The notes under the pieces: generated by a model
The model's input: the letters and a program-made list of their open reading frames with translations, nothing else
What the model was told of the DNA's origin: nothing
The model's database searches: none
Position numbers and translations under genes: made by a program
Sequence record: NZ_CP067021.1
Reading direction: 5' to 3' (one strand)
Origin: a plasmid
Length of the DNA: 64,000 bases
Shown: piece after piece, positions 58,939 to 64,000 of the stretch
Numbering within the stretch: position 1 is the first letter of the stretch
Layout: each line of letters opens with the position of its first letter

Positions 58939-59725
58939 GTTCGCAAAGCACTACAACATCTTTTACTACAGCTTCACTACTTAAATATAAGGTAGCTATA
59001 AGGTGTTTTAACTCATATATCCTTTTAGCGAACTTATATATAGAATCATAATACCATTCTTCACCATATTGTAGTATATACTTCTCATTGGTTAAACATA
59101 GTTTTATGAATTCTTTTAAAATAGGACGCTTAAAAATAATAGCTGTCGTAATATATATAAACTGAGTACTAACCAAACACATTAAAGTATTAATTAGCTC
59201 TACTTCCTCTTTTAAGCATTCCTGTAAAACCAATGGCTTTAGGGTTTTAGAAAAACCTTCCTCAGTCACAATATCTTTTAAAAAACCTGAATCCGAGTAC
59301 TTATTTTTCAGAAAATTACTTAATTCATGCACGTTCTTTAAGTAAATATTGATCTGATCTTTAGACGCAGTTTTGAAATGTTCCTCTACACGTTTTGGAT
59401 CGTTTAACGTGATGTCGAGCATTTCAGATTCATTATTTTTTTGATTTAAAAGCACAAAAGCGGTGAAGCTGGTAACTTTGCGTGTTTCGCCAAGATAGCC
59501 ACTACTGCAAGCATTCAAAAAAACAAGGCAATGCTGTTCAGTAAGATACAAGCCGTATTCTTTTGGTGTACCTGATTCAAAGAAATTGAGTGAACGCTTA
59601 TCAAAATGAAAAGTGTTCTCTAAGGTCTGACAAAAGTAGTTAATAGAGTGTACAAAAGCTTCTGGTACAAAGGTTGTAGGCTCTTGAGACAATGCTATGT
59701 TTTGGCTTTCTATGCTCATTCCCAC
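58919..59725 (-). CDS. Hypothetical protein of 268 aa.
   Basis: ORF in the minus-strand operon. Confidence 0.45.
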   Translation of the reverse strand: MGMSIESQNIALSQEPTTFVPEAFVHSINYFCQTLENTFHFDKRSLNFFESGTPKEYGLYLTEQHCLVFLNACSSGYLGETRKVTSFTAFVLLNQKNNESEMLDITLNDPKRVEEHFKTASKDQINIYLKNVHELSNFLKNKYSDSGFLKDIVTEEGFSKTLKPLVLQECLKEEVELINTLMCLVSTQFIYITTAIIFKRPILKEFIKLCLTNEKYILQYGEEWYYDSIYKFAKRIYELKHLIATLYLSSEAVVKDVVVLCELASKKH

Positions 59726-59728
59726 GAT

Positions 59729-60169
59729 TTAGTCCTCTTTGAGAGGTAGGGCGTAATAGCCCATTTGACTTAAAACACGTAAAGGAATATCAAAGTTAAG
59801 ACTTTGCGTTAGACCAGATTTAGGGTTAAAGGTTTTAGCTGAAGCTATAAACAAAGTTTGCTCATTAATAAACACTTGAATGCTATTCGTGACCTTTTGT
59901 TCATCAAGTATGACGCCACATACAATATCTAATTTCACATCAAACGTATAAGCATCCATTTGAACGTCTATTGATTCCCAATCGATCGTCATGAACAAAT
60001 TTTGGTTTTCAAATTCCAAATTACCTTCTTCAAGAACTTTATTGATTAATCCCTTTTCTAATAATTCCAAGTAAAACGCATGTAAAGGCGTTGCATCTGC
60101 AAAACCATGAGGATTAAACGGCGTTCTTGTCGGTTCAGTGATTTTAGTTTGAATCATGTTTAACTCCAT
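59729..60169 (-). CDS. Hypothetical protein of 146 aa.
   Basis: ORF 3 bp downstream of the neighbouring stop. Confidence 0.45.
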   Translation of the reverse strand: MELNMIQTKITEPTRTPFNPHGFADATPLHAFYLELLEKGLINKVLEEGNLEFENQNLFMTIDWESIDVQMDAYTFDVKLDIVCGVILDEQKVTNSIQVFINEQTLFIASAKTFNPKSGLTQSLNFDIPLRVLSQMGYYALPLKED

Positions 60170-60225
60170 TAAAGGGTATTTAGATTCTATCTTAAAACAC
60201 CCTAAATGTTTTTATTTAAAATTAA

Positions 60226-61119
60226 TTAAAACCCATTGCTATAAGTTGAAGCGCTTTCTTTAGTTTTAACGTTTTCAAGATTGCTTTGCGTAATAGTATC
60301 TTTGTAATGCTGACTAAACGCATTTTTACCCGTTTCGTTTATGTTCTTAAGCTCATTTTTAATGACCTTAAGATAGTCTTGATATTTCGGTGACTGTTCT
60401 ACATAAACTTCGGTCGCTGCAATTGAGAACATGTTCTTATCATTGGTTGCGATCGGAAATAGGGCAGTATAGGAAGCATCTTGCTTGAGCTGGTCCACAG
60501 TTGTTTGTTGCTCAATGATCTTCGTCTGATAGTCCAACAATGTTTTATTGATGTTTTCATGACTATGGATAACGAAATTCAACTGTCTGTCATTCGGACG
60601 TTCAAGGGTAAACGGCTGATCGATACCAGAAAGCTTATTACAGATCTCCATATTGTATCGGTAGGCTTCAAACGAGTCTGAAAAGTGATTAAAGTCTTTT
60701 CGGAGAGCATTATTGTTTTCTAAGTCTTGCTGAAAGTCTTGAAAGCATTGCAATACATATTCATCTTCATTTTTTTCAACGAATAATTGAGCGATGTTGG
60801 AGCACTGGTGCCGTTCGCAGAGATCCGCAAGCTTTTGAATGCTTTTAACCTCATTTTTCTTTTCTAAGATATTGCGTAAATGTAGCTGAGTTGCCCGATA
60901 CTCTTGCATCAACATATTGTGATGCTCGACAAATAGCTCATAATCGCTTTTAAGGTACGGACTGGCACCTTCAATCTCACGCTCTACCTTTTCATGCTTA
61001 GAGTTGATTTGAACACGCTCACGCGTGGTATTCACTGTATTTTGACCAAAACCACCTAAGATTTTATCAAAAGTAATCATCGCATCGATGTCGCCAGATA
61101 CGTTTTTATAGAGATCCAT
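60226..61119 (-). CDS. Hypothetical protein of 297 aa.
   Basis: ORF in the operon. Confidence 0.45.
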   Translation of the reverse strand: MDLYKNVSGDIDAMITFDKILGGFGQNTVNTTRERVQINSKHEKVEREIEGASPYLKSDYELFVEHHNMLMQEYRATQLHLRNILEKKNEVKSIQKLADLCERHQCSNIAQLFVEKNEDEYVLQCFQDFQQDLENNNALRKDFNHFSDSFEAYRYNMEICNKLSGIDQPFTLERPNDRQLNFVIHSHENINKTLLDYQTKIIEQQTTVDQLKQDASYTALFPIATNDKNMFSIAATEVYVEQSPKYQDYLKVIKNELKNINETGKNAFSQHYKDTITQSNLENVKTKESASTYSNGF

Positions 61120-61121
61120 GA

Positions 61122-63962
61122 TTAACGCCCCAATGTTTGATCATTGTCATGATCGTTTCTACGTGCGACTTCTAAATCTATATGCTTATCAAGGTCACTC
61201 AAAAATTGAGATGTCGTGTTTTTCTCAAGCTTTACTTGGTCTAAGTAGTTTTTAGTATTGAGATTCAAACCATCTTGGAGCGCTTCTAAGCGTAGGCCAG
61301 TTTTATCAAAATCAGCCTCAAGGATCTGATTCACTTCTTTGATTTTGTCCATGTCTTGCTGTTCTAGACGGTGTAACTTCACATCTTCATGAATCGCAGC
61401 GATATAGTGATCGGTTAAGATCTCTTGCTTTAAGTGCTGAAGCGCAATTTCCACGTTTCCTGTTTCAGCAATCACGGCGTTGAAGCTGTCAAAGATTTGA
61501 CCTGTTTCAGCCGAGTTTCTAAATTCAACAATACGAGGCTCAACACTATTAAGGTTTACAAACTTGGCATCACCATACGCAGTAGGTAGTACTAGATGAT
61601 CATCCATACATTCAAAAAGTTGCTTATATTCAGCATTCATAAGATTTGATGCTGCTTGAAGCTTTAAATCTTGTTGTAACGTGTCTAGGCGTTGGTTGAG
61701 ATGTAGAAAGCTTTGAACATACATCTCGTTTTGAGAGTTTTCAGGCGCAACAACGGTTGAGGCCATACCTTTAACAACATTTTTCAGTTGCGTATTTTGA
61801 ATCTGATCAGCAATTTGATTAAGCGCGTTAATGTGATCGGCTTTCACAAGGTTATTGTTTTTCAGTTGTTCAATAAATTGATTTTGTTCAATCACTTTTT
61901 CACTTTCCTTTTCGCTGAATAACGAATCTTTAATTTGTTGTTTCACCTGGTCCAAGTTAGAGAAGAGGTGAAGTACTTCTTGTTCATTGCTGTTATTGAC
62001 TGCATTTAGCAATGTAACAAACACATCATGGCTGATTAGTTGTTGCTGATTATTTTCCGCATTCTGAAATTCAGCAATTTGGCTACGGCTAATGACTTCA
62101 ACACCAACATCATTGATATAGCTTGCACCAATCGGGGAGAGTTGATTATCTGGAGCTTTTACGGCGTAGTACTCGCCTGATTTGCCATCATCTTTGGCGC
62201 ATAGACCAATATATGTATTGCCATCTTGCGTAATGATTTTTGAACCGATGCTATTGAGTGCTGCAGAGGGTTGTAACGTACTCAAGGTTTGAATCAATTC
62301 TTTTTCGCGATTTTGATGAATTGCATTACTTACTGCTTGGTAAACTTCAGGATCTAAATAAGTCACCTGATTGGCAGATTCTTCATTGAGCGCCGTGACA
62401 GTATTCCACTCTAAAATATCTTTACGCGGTATCGTTGTAATACCGGCATTAATAATATCTTCCGTGGTAATTTGACGATCAAGGTTGGTAATGGCCACGG
62501 CGTTGTATTCGGGTGCAATTGATTTATGACCTTCCGAATCTGAAGTCAGTACCACGAATTGACCGTAATCCGTTTTCACCATAGCACCTACAACACTGAG
62601 CTTGCCTTCCAAAATCATTTTTGAAAGTTCAAGTTCACGTTCGGCAGATCTGGCGTAAGTATTAGTCTGTTCTGCAGTATTGTTGATGGTATCGGCTTTG
62701 AGCTTGTCTAAGTATTCGCTTGAAAATTTACCAAGCGCATTTAACTCGTCTATCGGCTCGACAGACTCCAGCTCATACAGTGGAACGGTAGAGGATTCAT
62801 TCACGATGTCTTTAAGATAAAGCACATCTTTTTCAGTGATATTTTCGAGATCTTCAATCACCGAAAGAGGCACAACGATCGCACGTTTATCCAGATTATC
62901 GGAAGCTATATCCAAAACAACCATATTGGTTTGGGTTGTTTCATCTTCATAAACCATACCGACAAACTGTTCAATTTCAGCATTAGAAACATTGTTGTGA
63001 CGGTCTTTAAAGAATGCTTCTAAGTCAGAATCATGATCAACATAAATACTGTCATAAGGGTTCATTGGTTTACCGTCATTGTTTTGGTCTTGGCTTTGCG
63101 GTGCTGATTGAGTTGCCGACTGTTCTGCAGTATTGCCTTTAAACTTACCCAAAAGGTTTGAAAGTTTAGATTTGGCTTTCTTTACTTGATCCGAAATCAT
63201 TTGACCTGATTGATAGGCACGTTGAATAAACTGATCTTTGTATGAAGCTTTGGCTTCTTCAGTCATTTGTTCTGGATCTTGCCCTAATGGATATTCGGCA
63301 CCAAGGAACATACGTGCTTGTTCTAAATACTGAGAACAAATGGGTTCAAAAAAGCGACCTTCAAACTCATGGATCTTTTCAGACTTAATGCCTTCGTGCA
63401 GTTCTTCAATTGAGAGAAACGTTACTTTGTCTTCAATCGTTTCTAAATAGAACGGCGTAATCGGGGTAGGTGCATCGCTACCTTCCACTTGAGGCGGTAA
63501 ATCTGCTTCCTTAACCAGTTTGATAAATGGGGTAGAGGATTCAACACCTTCGACAGAATCCTTACCGACTACATCAATCACGATGTATTGTTCACCGTCA
63601 ATGGCATAGACTTTAGCGACATTTAGATCGAATTCTTCTAAGGTAACGCCGTCACGGTCTTTATTCAGTTGAGTGGTATATGGATCGTTTAAAAGAGGCA
63701 ACATTTGCTCTTTTGAGATCGGTTTTAAAATATCGGCATTCTTACCAGGTTCAGTCAATTTTGATTTATCGGCTGTATTGGCAAGCTGTTCGGGTTGTTG
63801 TGCGTCTGGATGGTTACTTTTAACGGTAACATCAGGATTGATTGGTTTATCCCAAATATTTTTCAGGTTATCAAGGCTTTTGTTCTTGTTGAACATGGCC
63901 ATAATCGCTGCAATGATCAACTTGATTGTTTTCTTAACCAGTTCAATCATGACTGCAATCAT
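61122..63962 (-). CDS. Hypothetical large protein of 946 aa with an N-terminal hydrophobic segment. No relaxase His-triad or NTPase motif is evident.
   Basis: Long uninterrupted ORF. N-terminus IKLIIAAIMAMF. An upstream gene on the same strand continues beyond the window. Confidence 0.55.
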   Translation of the reverse strand: MIAVMIELVKKTIKLIIAAIMAMFNKNKSLDNLKNIWDKPINPDVTVKSNHPDAQQPEQLANTADKSKLTEPGKNADILKPISKEQMLPLLNDPYTTQLNKDRDGVTLEEFDLNVAKVYAIDGEQYIVIDVVGKDSVEGVESSTPFIKLVKEADLPPQVEGSDAPTPITPFYLETIEDKVTFLSIEELHEGIKSEKIHEFEGRFFEPICSQYLEQARMFLGAEYPLGQDPEQMTEEAKASYKDQFIQRAYQSGQMISDQVKKAKSKLSNLLGKFKGNTAEQSATQSAPQSQDQNNDGKPMNPYDSIYVDHDSDLEAFFKDRHNNVSNAEIEQFVGMVYEDETTQTNMVVLDIASDNLDKRAIVVPLSVIEDLENITEKDVLYLKDIVNESSTVPLYELESVEPIDELNALGKFSSEYLDKLKADTINNTAEQTNTYARSAERELELSKMILEGKLSVVGAMVKTDYGQFVVLTSDSEGHKSIAPEYNAVAITNLDRQITTEDIINAGITTIPRKDILEWNTVTALNEESANQVTYLDPEVYQAVSNAIHQNREKELIQTLSTLQPSAALNSIGSKIITQDGNTYIGLCAKDDGKSGEYYAVKAPDNQLSPIGASYINDVGVEVISRSQIAEFQNAENNQQQLISHDVFVTLLNAVNNSNEQEVLHLFSNLDQVKQQIKDSLFSEKESEKVIEQNQFIEQLKNNNLVKADHINALNQIADQIQNTQLKNVVKGMASTVVAPENSQNEMYVQSFLHLNQRLDTLQQDLKLQAASNLMNAEYKQLFECMDDHLVLPTAYGDAKFVNLNSVEPRIVEFRNSAETGQIFDSFNAVIAETGNVEIALQHLKQEILTDHYIAAIHEDVKLHRLEQQDMDKIKEVNQILEADFDKTGLRLEALQDGLNLNTKNYLDQVKLEKNTTSQFLSDLDKHIDLEVARRNDHDNDQTLGR

Positions 63963-64000
63963 TTTTGCACTGAGCGCAGCGAGTTCATCAGCGACCGTGC

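Noticed and set aside
61122-63962. 946-aa ORF as the missing relaxase (NikB-like) or coupling protein
   Set aside because: No His-triad or catalytic Tyr context of MOB relaxases is seen, and no Walker A/B is evident on inspection. The call stays hypothetical.

Overview
This low-GC (roughly 38-40%) window looks like part of a large conjugative plasmid or ICE rather than ordinary chromosome.

Main features:
- About 1-16.4 kb: an I-type (IncI1 R64 Tra / Legionella Dot-Icm-like, MPF-I) type IV secretion gene set in two divergent blocks. The minus block runs from a partial TraU/DotO-like ATPase through TraR/Q/P/O/N/M/L-like genes. The plus block holds the DotD/DotC/DotB/IcmT-like traH-I-J-K equivalents. 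An AT-rich control region of about 700 bp separates them, and a tyrosine-recombinase-like gene sits beside it.
- 14.5-16.4 kb: a ParM-like actin-fold ATPase. 16.5-18.4 kb: a ParA/ParB partition operon.
- About 18.5-19.5 kb: an array of 22 tandem 47-bp iterons, each carrying the palindrome TTATCAGnCTGATAA.
- 19.9-26.5 kb: a TrbA/DotM-like membrane protein, a DsbC-like TrbB, small secreted proteins and a compact UvrD-like SF1 helicase.
- 26.5-29.4 kb: a bifunctional M23-peptidase/lytic-transglycosylase with two small Cys-containing secreted proteins.
- 30.2-33.3 kb: a DotA/TraY-like polytopic protein with a Gly/Thr-rich C-terminal tail.
- 34.4-64 kb: a long minus-strand block of unknown genes.
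  - It includes two paralogous giant proteins (2418 and 2428 aa), each with an HExxH zincin-like motif.
  - An isolated perfect 31-bp palindrome sits in the promoter region of one giant gene; its core matches the iteron palindrome.
  - Three tandem paralogous secreted proteins and further large unknown proteins of 618 and 946 aa lie in the same block.

I could not identify a relaxase or a type IV coupling protein in the window. All functional calls rest on motifs, size and gene order that I read by eye; no database search was run.
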